From contig CAVVHE010000009.1 in the NCBI GenBank assembly GCA_963748015.1, positions 352,001-416,000 on the forward strand: a DNA stretch of 64,000 bases. The letters are read 5' to 3'. Made by a program: the position numbers and the translations under genes. Positions 30,334 through 41,300 of the stretch are shown here, piece after piece; within the stretch, counting starts at the first letter, position 1, and each line of letters begins with the position of its first letter. The DNA comes from Terriglobia bacterium (lineage in GTDB: Bacteria > Acidobacteriota > Polarisedimenticolia > Polarisedimenticolales > JAIQFR01). The notes below the pieces were generated by a model. That model saw only the letters and a list, made by a program, of their open reading frames with translations, did not search any database and was not told the DNA's origin.

Positions 30334-31502
30334 CACGCCCCTCCCCAGAGCTTGATCGAGTCCGAGAACGTTCCCGCCTGCTCGCGGAACTGCTGGAACT
30401 GCCCGCTGTTCTCGGAGTACTTGAACGCGATGCAGGGGATTCCGGCCTCCTCGGCCCCCGCGCGGAGCATCGGCTGGTCGAGCAGCGCCGGATCGCAGAA
30501 GCTCGCCGCCGCGAAGATGATCCCGTCGGCGCTCGCGGCGCCGGCTCGCTCCTTCATGAGCCGCCGCTTGCCCCGCGGGTCGGGCTCGTACAGCACCGCG
30601 GTCCGGAGGTCGTTGCGGATGAAGGCGTCGGCGAGGGAACGGATCGGGTCGCCCTCCGTCGAGACGTCCGCGGTCAGGAACCGGTTACCCAGCAGGAAGT
30701 CGTCGTCCACGATGTAGCACCCGGCGCGCTCGATCGTCTTGATGAGCCCGAGCGGCGGCTGCTCGCAGAAGGCGCCGACGACGATGACCCGGCTGTTGTC
30801 GCGCGGCCGGCCCGGCTCCGCCTCGATCGCCGCGAGGTACGCGCGCGCCTTCTCGATGAAGAGCTCGGCGGGAACCACCTCGCCGGCCCGCATCAGCAGG
30901 TAGAGTTCCTCGGTCGGCACGTTCCACGGCGCGTCGCGGCGGGCGCGGTAGAGCGCGCGCACCCAACTCCGCGCGGCGTTGTAGAGCGCGATGGACTCCC
31001 GCAGGGCGCTCTCGTCCGCCGGCCGGCCGGACACCTCGCCGAGGTCCCTCGCGAGGCAGCGCAACTCTCCCTCCCAGAACGCTCCGCCGGTCGAGGGCGC
31101 CATCACCTGCGGCACGTCGATGTACCGGACGTAGGTTCCGGGATACAGGAGCTTCCACATGCCCGACAGGTTGCGGATCACGTCGCACGTGGACGGGAAG
31201 AGGACGGCCGAGAGCATGTCGAGCCGTCCCGACTGCGCGAGCTCGACCACCGACCGCGGCAGGTGGCAGATGTAGCTCTGGTAGAACGCGTCGCCCCGGA
31301 TGATCTCGAGGCGATCGCCGCCGCCGTGGATCCCGACCGGCAACAGGCCCGAGGCGTGGATGACCTCCCGGGGGACGTACACCGGGAGGTAGCCGGCGGC
31401 GCGGCGCCCGGGGTGGTCGGCGAGCCAGCCGCGCACCGCCGCGAAGTCGAGGTCCTCGTACAGGCCCTTGGCCCAATCGACGAGTTCGGCCCGTGTCGCC
31501 AC
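30333..31502 (-). CDS. bcrC: Benzoyl-CoA reductase subunit C
   Basis: GTG start with AGGAG RBS; GDAFYQSYICHLPRS, CDVIRNLSGMW, FCDPALLDQPM, EQAGTFSDSIKLW. Confidence 0.92.
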   Translation of the reverse strand: MATRAELVDWAKGLYEDLDFAAVRGWLADHPGRRAAGYLPVYVPREVIHASGLLPVGIHGGGDRLEIIRGDAFYQSYICHLPRSVVELAQSGRLDMLSAVLFPSTCDVIRNLSGMWKLLYPGTYVRYIDVPQVMAPSTGGAFWEGELRCLARDLGEVSGRPADESALRESIALYNAARSWVRALYRARRDAPWNVPTEELYLLMRAGEVVPAELFIEKARAYLAAIEAEPGRPRDNSRVIVVGAFCEQPPLGLIKTIERAGCYIVDDDFLLGNRFLTADVSTEGDPIRSLADAFIRNDLRTAVLYEPDPRGKRRLMKERAGAASADGIIFAAASFCDPALLDQPMLRAGAEEAGIPCIAFKYSENSGQFQQFREQAGTFSDSIKLWGGA

Positions 31503-31532
31503 TGCGTTCTCCTGTCGGCGGCAGACAATAAT

Positions 31533-31577
31533 TCGAACGAACGTTCGATATAATACCTTGAAATGCCACCATGTCAA
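31533..31577 (-). promoter_or_regulatory. sigma70 promoter with palindromic operator for the bcr operon
   Basis: TTGACA-16-TATTAT on the minus strand followed directly by the same TCGAACG-NN-CGTTCGA palindrome as at 8118. Confidence 0.8.
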
Positions 31578-31719
31578 GCGAATTCAACCGCGTAAGGCAC
31601 CGCGGTTGGGGCTTCTCGCGGCCGCGAGCGCCTCTTCGCGGTATCCTTCCAGGGTCCGCGTCGATCCTTGGATTGGCAGCTACGCCGGAGGTGCCGTCGC
31701 GTCGCCGGAAAGGGGTCTC

Positions 31720-34700
31720 ATGCGCTCGATCGAAGGGGGTCGCCGTTCCAGGTCCGTGCTGTTGCTCCTCGCGGTCGCGATGGCCGTGGCGCTTCCCGGC
31801 CAGGTCGCCGCCAAGCGGCAGGCCCACGTGGACGCGCTCGCCGCGAGCGGCGCCACGCGGGAGCTTGCCGCGGAGACGCGGTCGCCCGCCTTCGTCCGCG
31901 ACGACCGGCCGCTCCAGACGGAGCCGCGCCTCGGCGTGCCCACGTTCGTATGGGCGGCGAAGCGCCCCGTCACGTACCCGGTCCGCGGCCCGGAGGAGGC
32001 CGCGCGCCGGCACCTCGCCGACTTCGCGCGGCTGTACCACCTCGACGCCGCGGATGCCGCGGATGCGAAGACCCGCCTGGTCCACGACACGGGCAGGGGA
32101 GCCGTCATCGTCAAGTTCCGCGAGGAGGTCGAGGGGATCGAGGTCTTCCGCGAGGAGCTGAGCGTCGCGATGAAGCGCGACCTGTCGCTCGTGTCCCTCT
32201 CGGGCTACCTGAGCGGCGCCTCCCGCCGCGCGGGGAAGAACCTCGCGGCGTCGTACCGGCTGACGCCGAGAGCGGCGGTCGCGGCGGCCTACCAGGAGAT
32301 GCAGGGGGAGACGCTCACGGCTGCGGAGCTCCTGGACCGCGGCGAGCGCCGCGGGGCCTACGCGTTCTTCGAGCTTCGGGCGAAACCGGCTTCGGGGGCC
32401 ACTCTGACCGGAACGGCACGCGTCAAGAAGGTGCTGTTCCACCTGCCCGGGCAGTTCGTGCCCTCCTGGTACGTCGAGCTCGACGTGCGGCCGGACAGCG
32501 CGACCGACGGCGAGCTGAACTCCTTCGTGATCTCGGCCGGGAACGGCGAGGTCCTGTTCCGCAACGACCTCGTCGCGTCCGAGGCTTACGGCTACCGTGT
32601 CTGGGCGGACACCTCGAGCCCCAACGTCCCGTTCGACGGGCCGCAGGGAACGGCGGGAACACCGCACCCGACGGGGACGCTCGACGGGTACCAGGCGCCT
32701 TTCGTGGCCCCCAATCTCGTGACCCTCCAGAACGGGCCGATCTCCACGAACGATCCCTGGCTTCCCCCCGGAAGCGTCGAGACGGTCGGGAACAATGCGG
32801 ACGCCTATGCCGACCTTGTCGCGCCGGACGGACTCGGGAGCGGCGACTACCGCGCCTCGACGACGGCGGCGGGGACCTTCGACAGGACGTACAACACGAC
32901 CCTGCCGCCGAACGCCAGTCAGAGCCAGATCATGGCGGCCACGACGCAGCTCTTCTACGACATCAACTTCCTGCACGACTGGTTCTACGACTCCGGCTTC
33001 GACGAGGCGTCCGGAAACGCCCAGCAGAGCAACTACGGCCGCGGCGGGCTCGAGAACGACCGGCTTCGCGCGGAGGCGCAGGACTACGGCGGGACGAACA
33101 ACGCCAACATGGCGACCCCCGCGGACGGCGGGAGCCCCCGCATGCAGATGTACGTCTGGACCGCGAACACGGCGCGCTTCGTCACCGCGACGCCCCCCGG
33201 CGGGACCTACGCGAGCGGCACGGCGGCGTTCGGGCCGCAGTCGTTCGACACGACGGGATCGGTCATCATCGTCAACGACGGCACGGTCCCCACCAGCGAC
33301 GCGTGCTCCGCGATCCAGAACAACATCTCCGGCAAGATCGCGTTCGTCGACCGCGGTACCTGCTCGTACAAGCAGAAGGCGGTCAACGCGCAGGCCGCCG
33401 GGGCGATCGGCGTCATCATCGCCAACAACGTCTCCGGCTCGGCGCCCAGCATGGCCGACGGCTCCCCCCGACGACCGTCGTGATTCCCGCGGCCTCCGTC
33501 TCGCTGGCGGACGGCAACGCGATCCGGAGCGCCGTCCAGGGCGGCGCCGTGACCTCCCGCCTCTTCCGGGCTTCCGCGCCGAACCGCGACGGCACGATCG
33601 ACAACGCGATCGTCGCGCACGAGTGGGGGCACTACATCAGCAACCGGCTCGTCGGGAACGGCAACGGCCTCGGCAACAACCAGGGCGGCGGCTTGGGAGA
33701 GGGATGGGGCGACTTCCACTCCCTTCTGTTGGTGGTGCGGCCGGAGGACACCGCGGTCCCGTCGAACGCCACGTTCAACGGCGTCTACGCCATGGCGAGC
33801 TACGCCGTGGGCGGCGACGCCGCGCTCGGGGGCGGGAACCAGGCCTACTACTTCGGCATCCGGCGCTACCCGTACTCCACCGACTTCACGAAGAACGCGC
33901 TCACCTTCAGGCACATCTCGAACGGCGAGCCGCTGCCCGCGGGAGTCCCGAGGTCGGGTACCGGCACGACGGCCAGCGCCGAGGTTCACGCCGTGGGCGA
34001 GATCTGGGCGACCATGCTGTGGGAATGCTACGCGTCGCTCCTTCGCGACACGCTCGGCCCGACGCCGCGCCTCACCTTCGACCAGGCCCGGCAGCGCATG
34101 CGCGACTACCTCGTCGCGGGGTACAAGCTCACCCCGGTCGATCCGACGTTCGTCGAGGCGCGGGACGCCATCCTGGCCGCGGCCGCGGCCAACGACCCGG
34201 TGGACTACGACCTCTTCTGGCAGGCCTTCGCGCGCCGCGGCATCGGCCTCCGCGCCGTAGCACCCGACCGCTACTCCCTCGACAACGTCGGCGTGGTCGA
34301 GAGCTACGCCACCGGCAACGACCTCGCGTTCGTCTCCGCGACGCTGAACGACGCGGTCTCCTCCTGCGACGCCGACGGCGCGCTCGACGACAACGAGACG
34401 GGGAATCTCACGATCACGCTCCGCAACGTCGGGAGCGGCGCGCTCGCCGCGACGTCGGCGACGGTCTCCTCGAACAACCCGTACGTCTCGTTCCCCTCGG
34501 GCACGAGCGTCGTCTTCCCGTCCTCGCAGCCGATGGACACGACGACGGCGACGATCCCGGTCCACCTCTCTCTCGCCTCCGGCATCCAGCAGCTGGACGT
34601 CGACATCGCCTTCCGGGACCTAGCACTCGCGTTCCCCGCCGACATCCTGGCGGCGCGCTCGTACCGCGGCAACACGGACGAGCTGCCGGCGACCACGAAG

Positions 34701-35648
34701 ACCGACGGCGTCGAGTGCGCCGCCACGCCTTGGACTCCCGGCGGCTCGCCCGCGTTCGACGCCGCCGCGGGCTGGCGCCGGCTGGAGGTCGCCGCGCTCG
34801 ACCACCGCTGGCTCGGACCGGACCCGGGCGCCGGACCGAAGGACCAGTTCCTCGTCTCGCCCCCGCTCCAGGTGAGCGCCTCGGGCAGCTTCGGCTTCTC
34901 GTTCCGCCACCGCTATTCCTTCGAGACCGACACCGCGCCGACCTACTACGACGGCGGGGTGATCGAGCTCAGCACCGACGGCGGGACGGTCTGGACCGAC
35001 ATCGGCGCCGCGGCGTCCCCGGGCTACAGCGGCACCGTGAGCACGTGCTGCGGCAATCCTCTCGCCGGGCGGCCGGCCTTCGTCGGCGCCAGCGGGAGCT
35101 ACCCCGCGCTGGACACCGTCACCGTCAATCTCGGGACGGCTCACCAGGGGGCCACGGTGCAAGTGCGGTTCCGTGTCGGGGCCGACGAGGCCAGCGGCGG
35201 CGCGGGCTGGGAGGTGGACGACATCGCTTTCTCGGGGATCGACAACTCCCCGTTCTGCACCCTCGTCGTCGACGCGGGGCTGTGTCTCCACCCGGGCGGC
35301 GTGCCGGAGGTCGCGGCGAGCGGTGCTCCGCTTCTCGTGGACAAGAACGCGGGGGATCCCTCGCTCATCGACCTCTCGTGGGGCGCCTCCTGCGGCAGCG
35401 ACGTCGGCGCCTACGCCGTTTACGAGGGAGCGCTCGGCGCGTACTACGGCGAGGTCCCGCTGGGCTGCGCCGTCTCGGGCACCTCGCTCGCCGGGCAGGT
35501 TCCCGGAGCGGGCTCGCGCTACTACCTCGTCGCGCCGCTGTCGTCGCTCGGTAACAAGGAAGGAAGCCACGGTCTGGCCACGAGCGGCGAGCGGCCCCTG
35601 AGCCCGTCCTCGTGCCGGGCGGTGCTCGACACGCAGTCCTGCTTCTGA
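31720..35648 (+). CDS. Secreted M36 (fungalysin) metallopeptidase with PA domain and C-terminal domains; frameshift in the C6 run at 33464-33469
   Basis: Signal peptide; GFDEASGNAQ, NNANMATPADGGSPRMQMY, PA domain DRGTC; then in the other frame HEWGH, GEGWGD, GIRRYPYS, EVHAVGEIWA. Confidence 0.88.
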
Positions 35649-35809
35649 CCGCCGCCGATCTCGAATTCGTAAGTAATTGAGTCGGCTCCGGATCGGGGCG
35701 GCGGAGCGGGCGTTTGCCCACCCCGCGACCTTCCGCAAGCGGCCCGGTTGACCCCGCGCTTTCCGGACCCGATATTCGATGGGGTCGGGAACTTCCCGGG
35801 GTGGGCGAG

Positions 35810-38302
35810 ATGCGCGAGGACGAAACGCCGGCGGGCACGGACGCCGCCGCGCAGGATGCCGCGAAGCGGGCGCTTCACGAGGTGAGGCGCTACCTGGCGG
35901 ACGAGATCGCGCCGATGATGGCGGCGGATTCCGTCGGCATGCTCCTGAGGCTGCCGCCGGAGCACGGCGCCGCGATCGTCCGCGAGTGGCTCGAGGCTCA
36001 ACTCTCCTCGCCGAACCGCGCCGCGACGGTCTCGAGCTATCTCTACCATTCCGTGAAGAAGCTCCACCATCTCGCCGAGCTCGGCCTCGTGGAGCGAAAG
36101 GGGATGGACCGCTACGTCGCCGGCCTGTCCCGCTTCCTCGTCAGGCTGTGTCCCGAGGGCGAGCAGACCGATCTCCGTCTCAAGCTCAGCAGGATCTCAG
36201 AAGCCGAGACGACGCTATCGGCCCCCGTGAGGCTGCTGAACCGGGAGAGGGGAAGCGCGGCGTCCGAGCAGAAGATCCGCCAGGCCCTCGAGCACCAGAA
36301 GCAGGAGGAAGAGCGCCGGCAGGAAAGACGGCCTCCCGCGAGCCCGCGCCTGGTGCTGCTCCAGGGGCGGCTCGCGGCCCTGCACCCGGCCGGCGCCGAG
36401 GCTTCCCAGAACGAGGAGACCCGGGAGCTCGTGGCTCGACTCGTGACGAAGGCCGCGGCGGAGGCCCGCGCCCCCGGGGACCTCGAGAACGCGCTCGGCA
36501 AGCTGCGAGACATGGGAGTGGACCCCACCCTCGACCGGCGCATGTTCCGTCTGCTCGGCGGCCGCATTCCCGAATGGGAAGTGGATATCGAGAAGGCGAG
36601 TCCGGGAGCACGCCCGGCGATGGGCCGGCTGCTCCAGGCGATGCACCGCATGGTCGAGACCGCCGGCACGCGGGAAGAGGGGATCCAGCGCTTCAGCGAG
36701 ATGGTCTACGCGGCCATCGAGCAATTCAACGAGGGGCACCTCTCCCAGGCGGTCTCGATGCTCGATCTCGCGCAGCGGCTGGTCGAGGAAAAGAAGGTGG
36801 ACGGCGAGATGGCCCGCATCGTCCGGGCGCGGGCGCAGAGCTCGGTGTCCCTCGGACCGCTTCGCCAGTTCGCCTCGACGGCCACCAAGCACGGCCTGCT
36901 GAGGAGGGTGCTGTCTTTCTTTCCTGTGTTCACCCCCGAGAGCCTGCTCGAGCGCCTCGATGGCGAGCCGAAGCGGGAGACCCGCAAGCTGATGCTGTCC
37001 CTCGTCGAGGTCCACGGCACGCCCTGCCGGCCCACGGTGCTCGAACGGCTCGCGGGCTACCTGTCCGGGACGATCCCCGATCCCGACGGTTATTTCAGCC
37101 GGAACGTCGTGTTCCTCCTTCGCCGGATCCCCCGTGGAGCGCAGGACGATCCGATGCGCGAGCTCCAGCTCCTGGCCGAGTTCAGCCGGGCGGAGCGCCC
37201 CTTCATGGTGACCAAGGAGGCCGTCGGCGCGCTGGCCAACCTGAGCCTGCCGCAAGTGGACCGGGTCCTTGCGCAGCGCCTCGCGGACTTCGAGCTCTAT
37301 GCGGTACAGGGGGGCTCGGACTACACGGGCGAGGAGATGCTCGAGATCCTGGACAGGACGTGCGCGGCGCTGGCCAGGCGCGGCACGCGGGACGCGGTGT
37401 GCGCCCTCGTGGCCCACGCGCGCCGCCAGGAGCCGCAGCTCGGCGACACGGTGGGGCGATTGAGGCACCTCTCGGCGTGCGATCTCACCGGGAGCGACCA
37501 GCTCCAGGCTCTCCTCGACCGGCTCGCGAAGTCGCTCCCCGCGCGGCTCCTCGGGGTCGTCCTCGGGCGTCGCGACCCGGAGTCGACTGCCTTGGTGCAG
37601 GCTCTCTCCGGCACGCCGGAGCCCGGCGTGCGCCGCCTCTTCGAGGAGATCGTCGAGCGGTACCCGGGGCGGGAGTTCGCCAACGCGGCGCGCGAGGCGC
37701 TCGCGAAGTTCCGCTCGGGGCCCCAGCCTGAGGCGCAGGCCGCGGAGGGGATCTCCGGCGACCTGGAGCTGTTCGGCCTTCCCACGCTCCTCCAGTCGCT
37801 GGCCGACTCGCGTCAGACCGGCCGCCTCGTGATCTCCGAGCGGAACGGGCACGATCGCGCCGTGATGGTGTTCCACGACGGCAAGATCGCGGGATGCGAG
37901 GAGGGGCAGCTCCGCGGGATGGACGCAGCGTGCCAGCTGATCGAGCGCCCCCGGCCGGGGAACTTCCGCTTCGAGAAGGCGGGGCCGGGCGAGATCGCTC
38001 CCCGGGGCGACACGATGGACGTGCTGCCGCTCCTCCTCGAGGCGATCCGCCGGCACGACGAGTTCCAGGAGGACCGCGCGCTCGCCCCGGACGGGGCGTC
38101 GCTAGTACCGACCGGCGCGGCGCCGTCCGTTCCCGAGGACGAGGGCGACCGCGACCTGGTGCAGGCGGTGTGGCGAGAGGCGGCGCGCGGCACCGCCCCC
38201 GAGAGCTGCGAAGGCCTGGTGCGGAGGGACGCCTACCGCGTCCGACGACTCTACGCCCACTGGCTGGAGAGCGGCGCGCTCAAGCACCGCCCCGCGGCGT
38301 AG
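35810..38302 (+). CDS. Helical (HEAT-like) protein with C-terminal DUF4388/PATAN domain
   Basis: ISGDLELFGLPTLLQSLADSRQTGRL...FHDGKI...GNFRF...LLLEAIRRHDE. Confidence 0.75.
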   Translation: MREDETPAGTDAAAQDAAKRALHEVRRYLADEIAPMMAADSVGMLLRLPPEHGAAIVREWLEAQLSSPNRAATVSSYLYHSVKKLHHLAELGLVERKGMDRYVAGLSRFLVRLCPEGEQTDLRLKLSRISEAETTLSAPVRLLNRERGSAASEQKIRQALEHQKQEEERRQERRPPASPRLVLLQGRLAALHPAGAEASQNEETRELVARLVTKAAAEARAPGDLENALGKLRDMGVDPTLDRRMFRLLGGRIPEWEVDIEKASPGARPAMGRLLQAMHRMVETAGTREEGIQRFSEMVYAAIEQFNEGHLSQAVSMLDLAQRLVEEKKVDGEMARIVRARAQSSVSLGPLRQFASTATKHGLLRRVLSFFPVFTPESLLERLDGEPKRETRKLMLSLVEVHGTPCRPTVLERLAGYLSGTIPDPDGYFSRNVVFLLRRIPRGAQDDPMRELQLLAEFSRAERPFMVTKEAVGALANLSLPQVDRVLAQRLADFELYAVQGGSDYTGEEMLEILDRTCAALARRGTRDAVCALVAHARRQEPQLGDTVGRLRHLSACDLTGSDQLQALLDRLAKSLPARLLGVVLGRRDPESTALVQALSGTPEPGVRRLFEEIVERYPGREFANAAREALAKFRSGPQPEAQAAEGISGDLELFGLPTLLQSLADSRQTGRLVISERNGHDRAVMVFHDGKIAGCEEGQLRGMDAACQLIERPRPGNFRFEKAGPGEIAPRGDTMDVLPLLLEAIRRHDEFQEDRALAPDGASLVPTGAAPSVPEDEGDRDLVQAVWREAARGTAPESCEGLVRRDAYRVRRLYAHWLESGALKHRPAA

Positions 38303-38314
38303 GCGGCGTGCCGG

Positions 38315-41300
38315 TCAGAAGCTCTGGCCGATCGTGAAGACGAATTCCCCCGCCGACTCGTTCTTCTGCGGATCGAGCTTCCATCCGTACTCGACCCTCA
38401 CCGGGCCGACCGGCGTGTCGAAGCGGACTCCGGTCCCGAGGGAGTTGCGGAACCGGCTCAGGCGGATCTCGCCGGGCGTCGGGAACACGCTCCCGGAATC
38501 CCAGAACAGGATCGCCGAGGCGCCACCCCAGACCGGCCGCCGCAGCTCGTTGTTGAGGATGATGACGGCCTCGCCTCCGAGCGGGATCAGGGTGTCGTGC
38601 TGCAGGGTTCCCTTGTCCACGATCACCTCGTTGCCGGACTCGTCCACGGTGGTCTCGGTCTCGACGTAGCCGAGACGGTCCTGCGGAAAGCCGCGGAAAG
38701 TCGAATCCCCGCCGGCGAAGTACCGCACCTGCAGTGGAAGCGGGATCCCCGAGCCGAGACGCGAGGCGACACCGACCTTCAGCGCGGAGATGCCGGTGAG
38801 GCTCGCCGTGAGGGGACTGGCGGCGCTTCCCTGGAGGAACAGCATCGAAAAGCGCTGCTGCGAGCCCAGGAGCTCCGAGAACCACCTGAGGTCCGCGCTC
38901 GCGTAGGTTCCGCGTTTCGTGTTGAGGGGGTTGTCCCGCCGGTCGCGGGCGATCGAGTATCCCAGGCTGGCCAGGCGAATCTTTCCGAGATCGAGCCGCG
39001 GCTCCGAGGCGTGTATCTCTTCCTCCGACGCGCTGAGATCGTAGACATCGGAGTAGCTGGTGGCGTAGCGGACGATGTGGGTCAGGTCCTCCGCCGTCTT
39101 CCGCTCGAGGGCCGCCGAGGCCCCCGTGCCTTGCTGGGTGAACGAGTCGCGTTCCTCGATCAGGTGGCCCGCGCTCAGGATCGGCATCCACCCGCGCACC
39201 AACCGGGGAGCCCGGAACGTCAACTGCTCGCGCTGGACCTTACCACCGAGGACGACCGACAGCCCCGAGTACCAACCCGTTCCGCGCAGGTTGGCGTCGG
39301 CCACTTCCGCGTGGATCCTCGGGCCGTTGTACGTGTCGTAGCCGACGCCCGTGCCGAGGATCAGGTCGTCCGCCTCGCGCACGGCGATCTTGAGCGTCTG
39401 GCCGCCCGCCGGGCCGGGCGAGTCCGCCCACGAGAGACGCACCTCGCTGAAGAGCCCCGTCCGGGAGAGGTCGGTCTGGAGCTTCTGGACCTTCTCCCGG
39501 CTCAGGGCATCCCCCTCGGAGAGAGGGACGAGCCGCCGGATGACCTTCGAGTGCGTGACGAGGTTCCCCTCGATCTCGACGTCGCGAAGGACCTTCCGCT
39601 CCCCCTCGACGATGTCGTAGGCCAGGTCCACCTTCTCGCCGTCGGTGCGAAGGTCCTCGACCACGCGCGCGTCGAGATACCCGTCCGAATCGTAGAGCGC
39701 GCGAAGGCTCGCGAGGTCCTCGTAGACCGTCACGGCGTCGAAGGGCTCGCCGACGCGGCTCCTGACGATCGCCCTCACCCGATCGTCCCCCATCGCCCGG
39801 TTGCCGCGGACCTCGACCGACCGAACGTCCGCCCGCGGCCCCTCGGTCACCGTGATCTCGACGTTGGCATCGCGGCCGTCCGGAGAGAGCGATACCCTCC
39901 AGGTCGCGTCCGCCGCGAGGAACCCGCGGCTCCGGTAGAGGCTCTCCACGGCGGCGACGTCGGCCTCCAGGACGTCGGGCTTCAGCACGTCGCGCCGGAA
40001 ACGGGTCTCCCTCCCCACGAGCACGTGCGTCCGGATCTCGGGTTCCGGAATCGCCGTCGCTCCCGCGATCGAGAGGCTCGCCACCCGGACCTTCTCGCCG
40101 CGGTCCACGCGAACCATGACCTTCCGCTTCGACGGTCCCTGCTCGACCGCGACCTTGGCGTCGGCGTTGAAGTACCCCTCGTCCCGAAGCGCGATCCGGA
40201 TCCTCTCCGGCGCCTCCTCCTCGACGTCCGTGCCGGACGCGGCGGGCTCGAGCCACAGCACGTCGAGGAGCTGGCGGATCGCCTTCGCCGAGTCGCCCGC
40301 GCCCTCGATGACCAACTCCACTGGATATCCGCGCTCGATGGCGTACTCGACGTCGACGAAGCCGTCCCGCGGGCGCGTCGTGGAGGCGATGACCGAGGCC
40401 TCGAGGAAGCCGTTCTTGACGTAGTGCTTCTTGAGCTTGAGGGTTCCCTCGACGAGGTCCCTTCGGTTGAACGATCCGCCCTGGCGGAGGGGAACGATCC
40501 GCGCGAGCCTCGCCGGGTCCTCGACGGGGTTCCCGACGAACCGCACTTCCGAGACTTTCTCTCCCGCCACCGGCGCGGCTCCGGCCGCCTCGCGGCGCTG
40601 CTTGCGGGCGTGGGGCGACCACGTGCGCGCGGAATAGCGCGCCTGGCCGCCCAGCGCGTCGTGCTCGCCCCTGAAAGCGGACAGCTTCACCTTCCGGTTC
40701 AGCTGGTATTCGACCTCGTACCCGGTCGTCTCCGCGGAGTTCAGCGGCACGGACGTGCGAACGAACACGCGCGGTGAGAGCCGCTTGCCCAGCGTCACCC
40801 GCGTCGTCGGGTCGCCCGTGGTCTGGTACTGGTAGGGCTCGATCCGGACCTCCTCGAATCCGAGCCAGCGCTCGAGCTGGCTCCCCACGAGGCTACGGAG
40901 CTGTCCGCCGACCAGCGTCGCCGCGCTGTCCTGGATCGTGCCGGTCCTCGTCGGCGCGTTGGGGTCCTCCATTCGCGTGCCGGTCAGCAGCAGGCTCAGG
41001 ATCTCCCTCTCGGGGATCGAGGGATTGGAGCTCAGCTCGGACTCCACGCGGTTCGCGTCGCCCCAGAGGTGCATCCTGATGTCGTACTCGCGCACCCTCG
41101 TCGAGGCGACGATGTCGAACTCGGGATTGATCCGGGGCCCGGCCGGGATGGTCACCCTCGCGTTCTCAAGGTCGTAGCGCACCTCGCCGAAGCGGAGCTC
41201 GCCTCCCTCGATCGTCTCGAAGTGCCCCTCGAACCGCGGGTGCCCGACCGTGCCGCCCACCTCGATGCGTCCTCGCGCCTCGGTGTCGGCGAGGTCGTTG

